From contig OZ252243.1 of the NCBI GenBank assembly GCA_965249555.1, positions 1,728,001-1,792,000 of the forward strand: 64,000 nucleotides of DNA, written 5' to 3'. The stretch comes from Nitrosopumilus sp. (GTDB lineage Archaea > Thermoproteota > Nitrososphaeria > Nitrososphaerales > Nitrosopumilaceae). Below are positions 42,193 to 54,031 of the stretch, piece after piece (positions within the stretch are counted from its first letter, which is position 1; each line of letters opens with the position of its first letter). Made by a program: the position numbers and the translations under genes. The notes beneath the pieces were generated by a model. The model worked only from the letters and a program-made list of their open reading frames with translations. It had not been told where the DNA came from and ran no database searches.

Positions 42193-43326
42193 TTACGCAA
42201 TCTCATTTCTGAGTTTTTTAGTAATTGTTACTTCTATATTATCAAACAATGTTAGCATCTTGTCTTTGTTATCTATAATGTAATCTTCGCCTCTATCTTT
42301 TAATCTAATCTTCCACAATCTTATCTCTCTGTGTTCGTCCAAGAACATTTCAATCATCTGTTCACCTGATTTTTCAATGTCTGTGAATTCTTCGAAAACA
42401 TTCAAAGTTTTCTCCACGTCTTCTTCTTCAATTGCTTCTCTTACTGATTGAATAGCCTGGCTAAGTTCTTTCAAATTCTTAACTGGTCTTGGTAATGTTT
42501 TTCTTGTAATTCCAAATAATCCCTTTCTTTCTTTACCTATTCTTTCTGCAACATTAGGTGCAAGATCATAAATTGGAATTTTACTTAGACCATCACGCTT
42601 TTCATTTTGTACTAAAAGTCCCTTCTCTAATAATTTTTTTAATCCTGTTTCTGCATCTACTCTATCAAGATATGTTGTCCAGACAATTGCACCAAGTGTG
42701 TGATATCCTTGTCTAACTGATTCTAAAACTACAACTTCTTGAATTCTCTTGAATCCTTCTTCTATTCTTACATTCTTAAAATCAAAGTCTCGAATTGATC
42801 TTCTAGCATTTTTAACATCAATTTCAATCGAACGTTTCAATGCTTCTAATGAGTCCGGTACTTGATTTAGTAATGATAAGAAACAAGCTTTGTTGTACCA
42901 AGCCATTCCATATGTTGGGTCTGATTCAATTGCTTTTTCAACTTCATCTAATGCTTTGGCATATTTTTTTTGTTCATAATGTACCAGTCCTTTAAGATTC
43001 CAAACTTCTGGATTTGTAACATCAATATCTAAAATTTTATCATATACTCTTAATGCTTCATTGTGCTCACCTAAATGAAATCTTGCATAACCTAACTTCA
43101 TCAAAGTCTCTACACTGTTAGGATCAATTCTTAGTGCTTGTTGAAATAACTCACAAGCCTCTTCTAGTTTTTCATCTGCCATGCGATTAATTCCTTTTTT
43201 GAATAATCTCTTACGATTATAGTCTGCATCAACTAGGCTGGTCTCTTTTACCTTGACTTTCTCTACTTTTGATTCCTCTACCTTTGATTTATTCCCGAAT
43301 GGCTTTTTCACTAGCTCAAAGTGCAA
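42193..43326 (-). CDS. TPR-repeat protein
   Basis: Repeated helical TPR pattern (VWNLKG, AWYNKA). Confidence 0.82.
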   Translation of the reverse strand: MHFELVKKPFGNKSKVEESKVEKVKVKETSLVDADYNRKRLFKKGINRMADEKLEEACELFQQALRIDPNSVETLMKLGYARFHLGEHNEALRVYDKILDIDVTNPEVWNLKGLVHYEQKKYAKALDEVEKAIESDPTYGMAWYNKACFLSLLNQVPDSLEALKRSIEIDVKNARRSIRDFDFKNVRIEEGFKRIQEVVVLESVRQGYHTLGAIVWTTYLDRVDAETGLKKLLEKGLLVQNEKRDGLSKIPIYDLAPNVAERIGKERKGLFGITRKTLPRPVKNLKELSQAIQSVREAIEEEDVEKTLNVFEEFTDIEKSGEQMIEMFLDEHREIRLWKIRLKDRGEDYIIDNKDKMLTLFDNIEVTITKKLRNEIA

Positions 43327-43415
43327 TTTTATCTAGATAAATACTATCCTTAATGGGCTTGACTCTGTTTATGCTGTATTTCAAAAAAGCTCATGCGATC
43401 TAAATACAGAAATAC

Positions 43416-44927
<1,512 letters not shown>

Positions 44928-44949
44928 TCAGGTTGAATAGGTAATTACA

Positions 44950-45234
44950 ATGAGTGAAAAACCAACTAAAATTGAATTTGAAATATTAGATTACAAACGA
45001 TTAGAAAATGATTTTGTATCTTTCAAATTAGAAGATGGAACCGTCGTTAAAGTTAAAGTTGATTTGGATCGAGTTGGCAAAGCTACCAACTACAAAAACC
45101 CTGATGGGACTCCTCACTATGCGATTAGTACTGCCATCAAGCTATCAATTGTACCCCCTGATAAAAAATTCTCAGTAGAAAAGAAATCAGTTAAAGGAAC
45201 AAATACTCAACCTCCTGGACAAATGTTTAGTTAA
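44950..45234 (+). CDS. Hypothetical protein
   Basis: 94-aa ORF; FKLEDGTVVKVK, NPDGTPHY. Confidence 0.7.
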   Translation: MSEKPTKIEFEILDYKRLENDFVSFKLEDGTVVKVKVDLDRVGKATNYKNPDGTPHYAISTAIKLSIVPPDKKFSVEKKSVKGTNTQPPGQMFS

Positions 45235-45302
45235 CACTAGTTTAGGATTTAGAAAAAGGAAAACAATTCGTCGTCTAAATGACGATTGTTAGTTTTACGA
45301 TA

Positions 45303-45578
45303 TTATCGTCTACGTTTAGCTGCTTTTCTTTTTGGAGCTGCTTTTCTTTTTGGAGCTGCTTTACGTTTAGCTGCTTTTCTTTTTGGAGCTGCTTTACGTT
45401 TAGCTGCTTTTCTTTTTGGAGCTGCTTTACGTTTAGCTGCTTTTCTTTTTGGAGCTGCTTTTCTTTTTGGAGCTGCTTTACGTTTAGCTGCTTTTCTTTT
45501 TGGAGCTGCTTTACGTTTAGCTGCTTTTCTTTTTGGAGCTGCTTTTCTTTTTGGAGCTGCTTTTCTTTTTGTAGCCAT
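45303..45578 (-). CDS. Histone H1-like Lys/Arg/Ala-rich repeat protein
   Basis: MATKRKAAPKRKAA... repeats of 15/18 bp, ATG start and clean stop. Confidence 0.75.
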   Translation of the reverse strand: MATKRKAAPKRKAAPKRKAAKRKAAPKRKAAKRKAAPKRKAAPKRKAAKRKAAPKRKAAKRKAAPKRKAAKRKAAPKRKAAPKRKAAKRRR

Positions 45579-45693
45579 TGCTGAGTCGACATTTTCATTG
45601 TTTTTCAGTGGTTAAACTAAAAAAAATTACACAAATTGATAACAAATTATCAAGTGATTTTTTTTCATAAATTTTTTTTGATCGTAAAATTTT

Positions 45694-45870
45694 TCAATAA
45701 ACACTTTCCGCAGATGGTCTTCTTCCCTGTAACCAACTAGTTTTACCACAAATTGTGCATTTGTACTTCCTTCTACGCTTGTATGTGGCCATTTTTGGAA
45801 GAAAAATTAATTCTTGTTTTGTTTTTGTCATACAAAATGTGCACCATCTGTGCTCAATTTCCTGATTCAT
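45694..45870 (-). CDS. Small basic Zn-ribbon protein
   Basis: CTFC...KRRRKYKCTICG. Confidence 0.6.
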   Translation of the reverse strand: MNQEIEHRWCTFCMTKTKQELIFLPKMATYKRRRKYKCTICGKTSWLQGRRPSAESVY

Positions 45871-45886
45871 GTTACAATTTTTTGCA

Positions 45887-46996
45887 TCATGTTCCACGTT
45901 TCTTGATTATTGTTAATACGTCTTCATCAAGTAAAATATGACTCAATCCTACTCTTTGTCCTCCAAACTTTACACTTTTACCCCAAACCAAACTGTATCT
46001 GAATTCTCTTCTTAACCTTCGATGGAGTTTATTGCAAATATCTTCAACTGTATCTCCCTCTCTTGCAATTAGTGGCTCTTTAAAATCAGTTTCTCCGCCT
46101 TTTGGCCTCATGTAAATTCTAATGAATTTTAATTTCTCATAGATTTTTTCTTTAAGTAATTCAATGTTGATATCTGAATTTGCAGATACTTCGACTACTT
46201 GTGATTTTATTTTGGTCTTCAACTCTTTTAGAAACGCTTTGTCTACTAGATCTATTTTGTTTAAAACAGTGATAGCTTTTGAATAACTGATATTTCCAGC
46301 AACATGATCTGCTAATTGCTCTGATGTGATATTTTCTCTAATTACAACACGAGCACTAACTATTCCATAAAGATGTAAAATATCTTTAAGATGTTTCTCT
46401 GAAATTTTTGTTAGTCTTACTTGTTGCGCAACTGCAATTCCCCCCATTGGGGCTTTTTCAATTGTAATGTTTGGCGGTAACTGATTAAGTCTAATTCCAA
46501 TATTTCCTAATTCATTTATTAACACATCTTCATGATATGGCTGAAACACATCTAATAGAAGAATTACCAGGTCTGCTGTTCTTGCAACAGATAAAATTCT
46601 TTTTCCTAATCCTTTACCTGTAGATGCACCTTTGATAATTCCTGGAAGGTCTAAGACTTGGATTTTTGCACCTCTATATTCCATCATACCTGGAACAACT
46701 GTAAGTGTTGTAAACTGAAATGCCCCCACAGTAGATTTTGCTCCCGTCATTTTATTTAGTAAAGTAGATTTCCCAACACTTGGCAATCCAATAAACACAA
46801 CTGTAGCATCTCCTGTCCTCCTGACATCAAACCCATCTTGTTTCATGCCTGATTTTTTAATTACATTCTCTTCTTGCTCTCTTTTTAATTTCGCAATCTT
46901 TGCTTTGAGTAAACCAATGTGGTGCTCTGTTGCTTTGTTAATCTGAGTTTTTGCCATTTCGTCTTGAATGGCTTTGATTTTTTCAGGAATTCCCAA
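45887..46996 (-). CDS. DRG/Obg-family GTPase with TGS domain
   Basis: NKATEHH, GLPSVGKST, FTTL, DLPG, NKID, VWGKSVKF. Confidence 0.93.
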   Translation of the reverse strand: MGIPEKIKAIQDEMAKTQINKATEHHIGLLKAKIAKLKREQEENVIKKSGMKQDGFDVRRTGDATVVFIGLPSVGKSTLLNKMTGAKSTVGAFQFTTLTVVPGMMEYRGAKIQVLDLPGIIKGASTGKGLGKRILSVARTADLVILLLDVFQPYHEDVLINELGNIGIRLNQLPPNITIEKAPMGGIAVAQQVRLTKISEKHLKDILHLYGIVSARVVIRENITSEQLADHVAGNISYSKAITVLNKIDLVDKAFLKELKTKIKSQVVEVSANSDINIELLKEKIYEKLKFIRIYMRPKGGETDFKEPLIAREGDTVEDICNKLHRRLRREFRYSLVWGKSVKFGGQRVGLSHILLDEDVLTIIKKRGT

Positions 46997-47086
46997 TACT
47001 GTTCATCTCCTGCAACATTCTTTTCAAATAAAACCGTACTACTTTACTTACGCAGCAAATATTATTCGGTTTGTAAAACAATTTGT

Positions 47087-47782
47087 ATGAAAAAGAGAAC
47101 GTTTGCAGTGGATATTGATGGCACGATTACTGAAAACGGTGGGGGTAGAATACATCTGGATGCACTTGAAGCGTTAAGGCATCTAACTAAAATGGGGCAT
47201 AACGTGATTTTTGTAACTGGCCGCTCATCTGTTGAAGGATTCTTACTATCTGTGTTTGGTGGAACTACACAGATCTCTGTTGGTGAAAATGGTGGATGTA
47301 TTACCCTTGATACTAATGAGCATATTTTGTTGGGTAATCTTGAAGAATGCAAAAATGCATTTCAAGTTATCAAAAACAATATTGATAATGTTAAAGAAAA
47401 ACCTGTTTTTCCTAGAATGACTGAAGTCGTTTTAGAAAGAACATTTGATCTAGATCTTGCAAGAAAGGTCATATCTGAAAATAATCTTAACATCGAACTA
47501 TCTGATAGTCAGTATGCTTTTCACATCAATTCTTCTGGAATTGACAAAGGCACAGGATTCAGTGAAATCATGAAGAAATTCTCTATTTCACGCGATGATG
47601 TGATAGCCATTGGAGACAGCGCAACTGATATTCCATTGTTTAAGGTAGCAAAAACCAGTATTGCTTTGGGAAATGCATCTGATCAAGTAAAATCTGAAGC
47701 TACAATAGTAGTTTCTGCAAATGCAGGTGATGGTGTTCTTGAGGCACTAGATAAATTAGCACCTAAATTATCTGAGATATAA
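47087..47782 (+). CDS. Phosphoglycolate phosphatase-like HAD (Cof/SPP type)
   Basis: DIDGTIT, VTGR, ENGG, DKG, GDSATD; start moved to the ATG at 47087. Confidence 0.88.
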   Translation: MKKRTFAVDIDGTITENGGGRIHLDALEALRHLTKMGHNVIFVTGRSSVEGFLLSVFGGTTQISVGENGGCITLDTNEHILLGNLEECKNAFQVIKNNIDNVKEKPVFPRMTEVVLERTFDLDLARKVISENNLNIELSDSQYAFHINSSGIDKGTGFSEIMKKFSISRDDVIAIGDSATDIPLFKVAKTSIALGNASDQVKSEATIVVSANAGDGVLEALDKLAPKLSEI

Positions 47783-47783
47783 G

Positions 47784-49670
47784 ATGACATTCAAATCAGT
47801 TATTGATGAAATTGAAAATAACCTTAACAAGATACTCGGAGATCTTTCAATATCTGGTGTAATATTCACTGTCGAGCCTGCAAAACCTGGTTTTGGTGAT
47901 GTTAGCTCAAATGTTTCATTTTTACTTTCAAAACAACTCAAAAAAAGTCCTAAAGATATTGCAGAGATGTTGTCTGAAAAATATCAACAATGTACTAATA
48001 CACTTGTATTAAAAACTGCAGCACATCCATCAGGATATTTGAATTTCTTTGCTAACTGGAAGAAATTAAACCAATTAATTCTCTCTGAATCACATCTTCC
48101 TGAATTTGGTGATGTTGATATTGGAAAGAATTCTACAATTGTAGTTGAACATACGAGTGTAAATCCTAACAAGGCTCTTCACATAGGTCACATTAGAAAT
48201 ATTATCATTGGTGATACTGTCTCTAGAATTCTAAAAAAAGCAAATTACAAAGTTAATGTTTTAAACTATATTGATGATTCTGGACTTCAAGTTGCTGATA
48301 TCATAGTTGGATTCAAGCATCTTGGCTTTGATCAAGAATCTCCTGATGGAAAGAAATTTGATCATTATTGTGGTGATGACGTATATGTCAAAACCACTGA
48401 AAAATACGAGTCAGATTCTGGTCTTGAAGAGATTAGAAAAAATATTCTTAAAGAACTTGAAGATGGTAATTCTGAAACTGCTAAATTTGCAGATAAAATC
48501 ACACGTAGAGTTTTGGCAAATCAACTAGAAACATGTTGGAATCTGTCTGTTTCTTATGATTGTCTTAATTTTGAATCTCAGATAATCCGTTCAGGATTAT
48601 GGGATAAAATCTTTGAAAAGATCAAAGAAATGAACCTAGTAGAATTTGAAGATGAAGGTAAGAATGCAGGATGTTGGGTAATCCGTGGTGAGAATAAAGA
48701 GGAAGATAAGGTAATTGTACGAAGTAATGGAACTGCAACGTACATTGCTAAAGATATTCCATATGCTGCCTGGAAATTAGGATTAGTTGATGACCCTTTC
48801 CATTATCAGAAATATGACAAAGAGCAACCCCGTTCACGAGTTTTGTGGCAAACAACTTTGGACGCTAACAATGAATCTGCCCAAAACTTTACTGGCCAAA
48901 AAGTAATCACTGTAATTGATTCAAGACAAGCAAGATTACAAAAAATTGTCACATCATTAATGGCCAAATTCAAGTCAGTCCCTGATGCATATGTCCATCT
49001 TGGGTATGAATCAGTTACCCTAAGTTCTGAAACTGCAAAAGTTCTTGGTTTGAATACTGATGGAAAACAAGCTCAGATGTCTGGCAGAAAGGGACTGTAT
49101 GTAAATGCTGATTCTGTGTATGATTTACTAAAAGAAAAAACAAAAGATGAAACAAAGAAGCGACATCCTGAAATGGATTCATCTGATGTTGAGAAAATTG
49201 CCCACAATGTTGCAGTTGGAACTTTACGTTATGAAATGATAAAACAAGATTTAGACAAAATAATTGCTTTTGATTTAACAAAATCTCTTAGTTTGGATGG
49301 GGATACTGCACCATACATACAATATACTCACGCAAGGGCTGCAAGAATATTAGAAAAATCTGAACGCACTCCTTCAATTGATGTTGATTTTTCTTTGCTA
49401 AAAGAGCAATCCGAACTTAATTTGATTAAAACAATTGGCATGTTTGATATGCAAGTTCGTGATGCGGTAAACAATCTATCTCCAAAAGTTATTGCAAGAT
49501 ACTGTCATGATTTGGCAGTTGCATTCAATTCATTTTATGAGCATGTCAAGGTTTTGGAATTGGGTGATGAAGCCTTGGAGAATTCTCGTCTTTGTATTGT
49601 AGATTCATTTAAAATCACACTTGAAAAGGCACTAGATCTTCTTGGTATAGTTGCACCTGATAGAATGTAA
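47784..49670 (+). CDS. argS: Arginine--tRNA ligase
   Basis: EHTSVNPNKALHIGHIRN, MSGRKG, PYIQYTHAR, C-terminal PDRM. Confidence 0.96.
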   Translation: MTFKSVIDEIENNLNKILGDLSISGVIFTVEPAKPGFGDVSSNVSFLLSKQLKKSPKDIAEMLSEKYQQCTNTLVLKTAAHPSGYLNFFANWKKLNQLILSESHLPEFGDVDIGKNSTIVVEHTSVNPNKALHIGHIRNIIIGDTVSRILKKANYKVNVLNYIDDSGLQVADIIVGFKHLGFDQESPDGKKFDHYCGDDVYVKTTEKYESDSGLEEIRKNILKELEDGNSETAKFADKITRRVLANQLETCWNLSVSYDCLNFESQIIRSGLWDKIFEKIKEMNLVEFEDEGKNAGCWVIRGENKEEDKVIVRSNGTATYIAKDIPYAAWKLGLVDDPFHYQKYDKEQPRSRVLWQTTLDANNESAQNFTGQKVITVIDSRQARLQKIVTSLMAKFKSVPDAYVHLGYESVTLSSETAKVLGLNTDGKQAQMSGRKGLYVNADSVYDLLKEKTKDETKKRHPEMDSSDVEKIAHNVAVGTLRYEMIKQDLDKIIAFDLTKSLSLDGDTAPYIQYTHARAARILEKSERTPSIDVDFSLLKEQSELNLIKTIGMFDMQVRDAVNNLSPKVIARYCHDLAVAFNSFYEHVKVLELGDEALENSRLCIVDSFKITLEKALDLLGIVAPDRM

Positions 49671-49772
49671 ATCCCAGAGAGTATACAACATGAATGCTGT
49701 TCCTCTCTGGTTTGTTGGCGTGCAAACCAATTACTGTTAAGAGAATTGTTTTAAGCCAATAAACCTTTACCA

Positions 49773-51025
49773 GTGTTGTCTGAGTTAACTGATAAAATCA
49801 CAATATCTGAATCAAATCTGTCAAATGCAACAAAGAAAGACGATGATTTCAGGTTAGGGCAATTCTATAGGATCTCTCCAGTCAAATCAGACGATGAGCT
49901 AATTGATTGTCCAACTGACGAATTCCAAAAAATTCTAGTATCTTACACTAGATACTTGTTAAAGCGTGTCAACAATGATGATTTATCAGCAAATACTGTT
50001 CCCAAGATGTTTCGAGGTATTAGATGGCTGTTAAACTCCAATTATCGTGAAAATGACATCAAATGGAAGGCCTATTGAGGCTTTATTTCCAAAGTCAGTA
50101 AAGCGTACAGGTTACAAAGCATGGACTACAGAGCAGGTAGCCATAATGCTGGAGCACACAGGTAACCTGCGAAATAGGGCATTGATTCGCTTTCTAGCAT
50201 CTACTGGTGCAAGAGTTGGTATCCATGATCATCCCTTATTGGTAAAGCACCTAACCATGATGGATTGGAATGGACATGGTTGCTATGCTGTATTACTATA
50301 TGCTGATTATGATGAAACAGTAGAAGAAAGAGATTTGAGAGATAAACAAGATGATGTACAAAGTGGTGATTCATATTGGTCTTTTCTAACACCTGAAGCC
50401 ACTGAATCCCTTGACAAGTATTTTACAGAACGCAAAAGAGCAGGTGAATTCTTTGATGATAACACTCCAATCTTTCTAAAGGACAAACAAAGAGTGTATC
50501 TTGATTCAAAGCAACTGTCTGATACCAATGTTACTTCTATTCTCTTTAGAATAATCAAAGGTATGCCAGAATTAGACAGAATAAAGAAAGGAAGAGGACA
50601 TGACATTCAGATTAATCATGATTTTAGAAAAAGAATGAATACTATACTAAAGCTAGAATCAAAGATTAATTCCAATGTTGCAGAAAAGATACTAGGACAC
50701 AAGAACGGATTGGATGATGTTTATTTGGCACCTACCAGACAAGAATGTTTTATAGAGTTCTGCAAAGGTATTACACAATTAACGATTTCTGATATACAAA
50801 GACAAAAGATAACAATCAAACAACTAGAAGATGATAAAACACAACTTGATCAACTCAAAGCAGAGATAAAAGAAAATACTTCAAAATCTATCAGAAAATG
50901 ATCATGATGTGATTATTAATTTAGTAAATGACATGCAAGGTCAATCAGATAGGCAAATAGAACTAATTGCGATGATTAATGATTTACGACAAGAAGTTTA
51001 CCAATTAAAGGAATTAGAACACTAG
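49773..51025 (+). pseudogene. Tyrosine recombinase/integrase, frameshifted
   Basis: Catalytic R (STGARVG), HxxR (HDFRKR), LGH and Y (DVYL). +1 shifts at about 50070 and 50876; the coiled-coil tail ends at TAG 51023-51025. Confidence 0.85.
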
Positions 51026-51086
51026 TTTAGATTATTTTTCTAATTTCTCTGCAAAAATCGAACTAAAAATATTATGTCATATTTGT

Positions 51087-51197
51087 GCCTAAATTTGGGT
51101 ATGAAATTGGGTATGATTGGGTATGATTGGGTAAATTTTAGGCGTAAATCATACCATACTTGCTCATTTCCTATACTCCTTTTGGGTATGGTATGAT
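51087..51197. repeat. TTGGGTATGA direct repeats with flanking inverted repeats (iteron-like)
   Basis: Copies at 51095, 51107 and 51117, partial at 51127 and 51182; 12-bp perfect IR ATCATACCATAC 51148-51159 / 51186-51197. Confidence 0.85.
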
Positions 51198-51547
51198 GAG
51201 TAAATTATAATTTTAGAAAATATTTTCTTATCATTAAAAACTTGTAAGACATGATCAATACCAATCTCACACATGTGACACATTTCAAATAAAACATTGT
51301 CTTAGACGCCAAAATACGTTTAACAAATTTTGACATGCTAACTGCAAGAGATTTGAACCAATCATGCAATTCCCTATGAGATATTTAGTGACTAAATCTC
51401 AACAGATTTACACACTAAATTTTGAAAATTTCTATGAAAAATGAATTATAAATTGTTGAGGAATATTTCTTAACATGCACTAATCATAATAATTTAGTCT
51501 CAAATTAGTGCAAAACTATATAAATATAAGCAGTATAATAATACTAA

Positions 51548-53184
51548 ATGGATATCACTTCTATAAATCTATTAAATTCATTGGTATAGCGAAGAGTCAA
51601 AGTTCGTGAACTAAAAATCATCAAAACAAAACACTTTTTGATCACCACACACAATGAAACACATGAACAAGTTAGAACAGCTTGAAGCAGCATACAAAAA
51701 GGAAAACTTCAAAGATATAGTCAGGATGCTTGCAGTACTAATGGTTCTCAAAGATGGCAAGGAATTAGAGTACACCGCACAAACACTGCACCGCTGTACA
51801 AACTGGGTACGCAAATGGGTTGATCGTTTTAACGTAGATGGCCTTGATGGCCTCTACGATCACCCAAGGAGTGAAAGACCATGTGTAATCCCAAAGAAGC
51901 AAATGAATTCTATTATGTTCAAAATTATGTTGACACTATTTACACCTGTAATGCTGCAGCAGACAATATTTGATTCTACTGGAATAAAATTTCACATAAC
52001 ACATGTCAGAAAAATAATGCGCCAGTATGGAATGTCTGCTAAAACTGCACAAAAATATCACGTTAATCATGCAAGTGTAACGGCTGTGCGCAGCTGGGCA
52101 GCAACGCATGAAAAAGAGAATTCCACGCCTAAAAAAGAGTGGATTCACCATTGCAATGCTTGATGAGGCATTCTTTGTTAGGGATGTAAAAGCAGGACGA
52201 AAATATTGGTCACCAGTTGCCAAAAGAATATTTCTCCCATATGTGGGAAACCATGAAAGTTTGGCAGTGTATGGAACAATTACAATCAATGGAGACCAAC
52301 TGTTTAGAATTTATAAAAAATTCAACGGTATAACATTTGTAGAATATCTAAAAGAGTTGCACTACAAATATGGTAAAATTGCGTTGATACTTGACAGGGC
52401 ATCAGTGCACAAATCAAAGAAGGTCAAGGACTTTTTGACAGATAATCCAGATGTTAAACTGATTTGGCTACCAAAAGGACCCACCATATCTAAACATGAT
52501 AGAGCAGTGTTGGAAAATAGGCAAGCATGTGTTGTTGGTATCAGAATATTATGCAATGTTTACAATAATGAATAATGCAGTGTCACAATACTTTGGAACA
52601 AAAAAATTCAAACTTGATGTTGTTAATTATATTTTTAGAAATCCTGCAAAGATGTTCACGAACTTTTGATCGTCGCTATATCACAAATTAAAAGAATTAA
52701 AATCAAAGATATTTTTGATCAAGAAAAATTTAACACTCTTGCTAAAAATCAAAAGTTTTTTTCACTATTAACAAATGTCAAAAATCTTTATTCTAGTCCT
52801 GAGTTTAACAAAGCATCCCCAAGAGTTATTGTAACGATTACTAAAAAAATTAGGATGATTGTAAAGAAATCTTTGAAAGAACATGAAAAATATAATCTTA
52901 AAGAAACTGATCTTGAAAAATTAATGTCAATTTCTAAAATTTTGTTAGATTGTTTGAATTACATCAATCAACTTAGTGAAAAGAAGATGACAGATACAAT
53001 ACAATTTGAAGTTGAAAATGAAATTGAAATTATGGAATTAATATTAAAACAATATCCTGAAACGACTTCTATGATAAAGGGATATGAATTCAATCCAAAC
53101 GATTATTTCAAGATTATATACGAAAATGCCTTGCATTCAGCTTATTCTATGTCTCTATTTGTTCTAGGTCGTAAATGGTGGTAA
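51548..53184 (+). pseudogene. Hypothetical 180-aa gene interrupted by IS630
   Basis: MDITSINLLNSLV (51548-51586) joins in frame to SQIKRIKIKD (52681-) after removing the IS and one TA; TATA-like TATATAAA about 25 nt upstream. Confidence 0.75.
51587..52678 (+). mobile_element. IS630-family insertion sequence (about 1.09 kb), transposase frameshifted
   Basis: IRs TAGCGAAGAGTCAAAGTTCGTGAAC / TAGCGACGATCAAAAGTTCGTGAAC with TA duplication; HTH (WVRKWVDRF..GLDGL), LDEA, ILDRA..H, and PYLNMIEQCW in a shifted frame. Confidence 0.9.
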
Positions 53185-53268
53185 TTAATAATAAAATTGA
53201 AAAAAGAAATACTTGATCAGTTTAATTTTTGAAAGATGGCTAGAAAAATGAACCATCAATTGCAGAAT

Positions 53269-53463
53269 TTATTGCTTGGATTTATTCAAATTACGTAAAA
53301 AATTTAGTAATTCAAAAAGTGTTGCTCTTCCATTATGATCAACATTGTCAAAATCATTTAAAAAATCATATGCATATTTATCGTCATAATTCCATATAGC
53401 ACTTAATCCCAATCTAAAATCGTATATATTTAACAATTGATTTGTTGATGATTCTATTGTCAT
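53269..53463 (-). CDS. Small hypothetical protein
   Basis: 64-aa ATG ORF divergent from the first glycosylase. Confidence 0.4.
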   Translation of the reverse strand: MTIESSTNQLLNIYDFRLGLSAIWNYDDKYAYDFLNDFDNVDHNGRATLFELLNFLRNLNKSKQ

Positions 53464-53503
53464 TCATTTAAACATATAAGACATTTTTTTCCAGTAAAAG
53501 AAA

Positions 53504-54031
53504 ATGGTTGAGAAACTTAAACCTCTACGTGATATTATTAAAAAAAATTTAAGAATATTATTTGTTGGAACTCGACCCGGAATTCGTTCATCGAAAACGG
53601 GCCATTATTTCCCAGGAAATTCTAATATGTTTTGGAAATTATTGTATCAATCAAAATTAACTGGAGAAATGCTTTCACATAAACAGGACTCAAAATTAAT
53701 TGAGTATAATTATGGTCTTACAGATATAGTGAAAAAACCAAAAATAAGTAACACGATTAATTTTACAGATACTCTTGATAGCACTAATAGATTAAATAGA
53801 TTATTAATCAAATTTCAACCCAAAATAGTATCTTTTGTTGGAAAAAGAGGATATCAGATTTACACTCAAAGACTAACTCAAAAATATGAATATGGATATA
53901 AAGGAAAATATTACAAAACCAGAATATGTCTTATCCCATCATCTAGTGGACAAAGTTATGCAGATACATCATATGATGAGAAATTACATTGGTATAAATC
54001 ACTTAAACGATATCTTGAAACTTTTTCTTAA
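53504..54031 (+). CDS. MUG/TDG-family (UDG family 2) DNA glycosylase, variant active site
   Basis: ILFVGTRPG (canonical GxNPG), GHYF...NMFWKLL, YGLTDIV, FVGK, IPSSSG. Confidence 0.85.
   Translation: MVEKLKPLRDIIKKNLRILFVGTRPGIRSSKTGHYFPGNSNMFWKLLYQSKLTGEMLSHKQDSKLIEYNYGLTDIVKKPKISNTINFTDTLDSTNRLNRLLIKFQPKIVSFVGKRGYQIYTQRLTQKYEYGYKGKYYKTRICLIPSSSGQSYADTSYDEKLHWYKSLKRYLETFS

Noticed and set aside
45275-45615. Three alternative-frame repeat ORFs (LQKEKQ, FSFWSC, AAFLFG)
   Set aside because: Shadows of the KRKAAP repeat gene.
45694-45870. Ribosomal protein L44e
   Set aside because: Similar CxxC spacing and basic character, but too short and lacks the central conserved segment; left as a Zn-ribbon protein.
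46919-47086. 56-aa N-terminal extension of the HAD phosphatase
   Set aside because: Overlaps the divergent GTPase start; HAD motif I follows the ATG at 47087.
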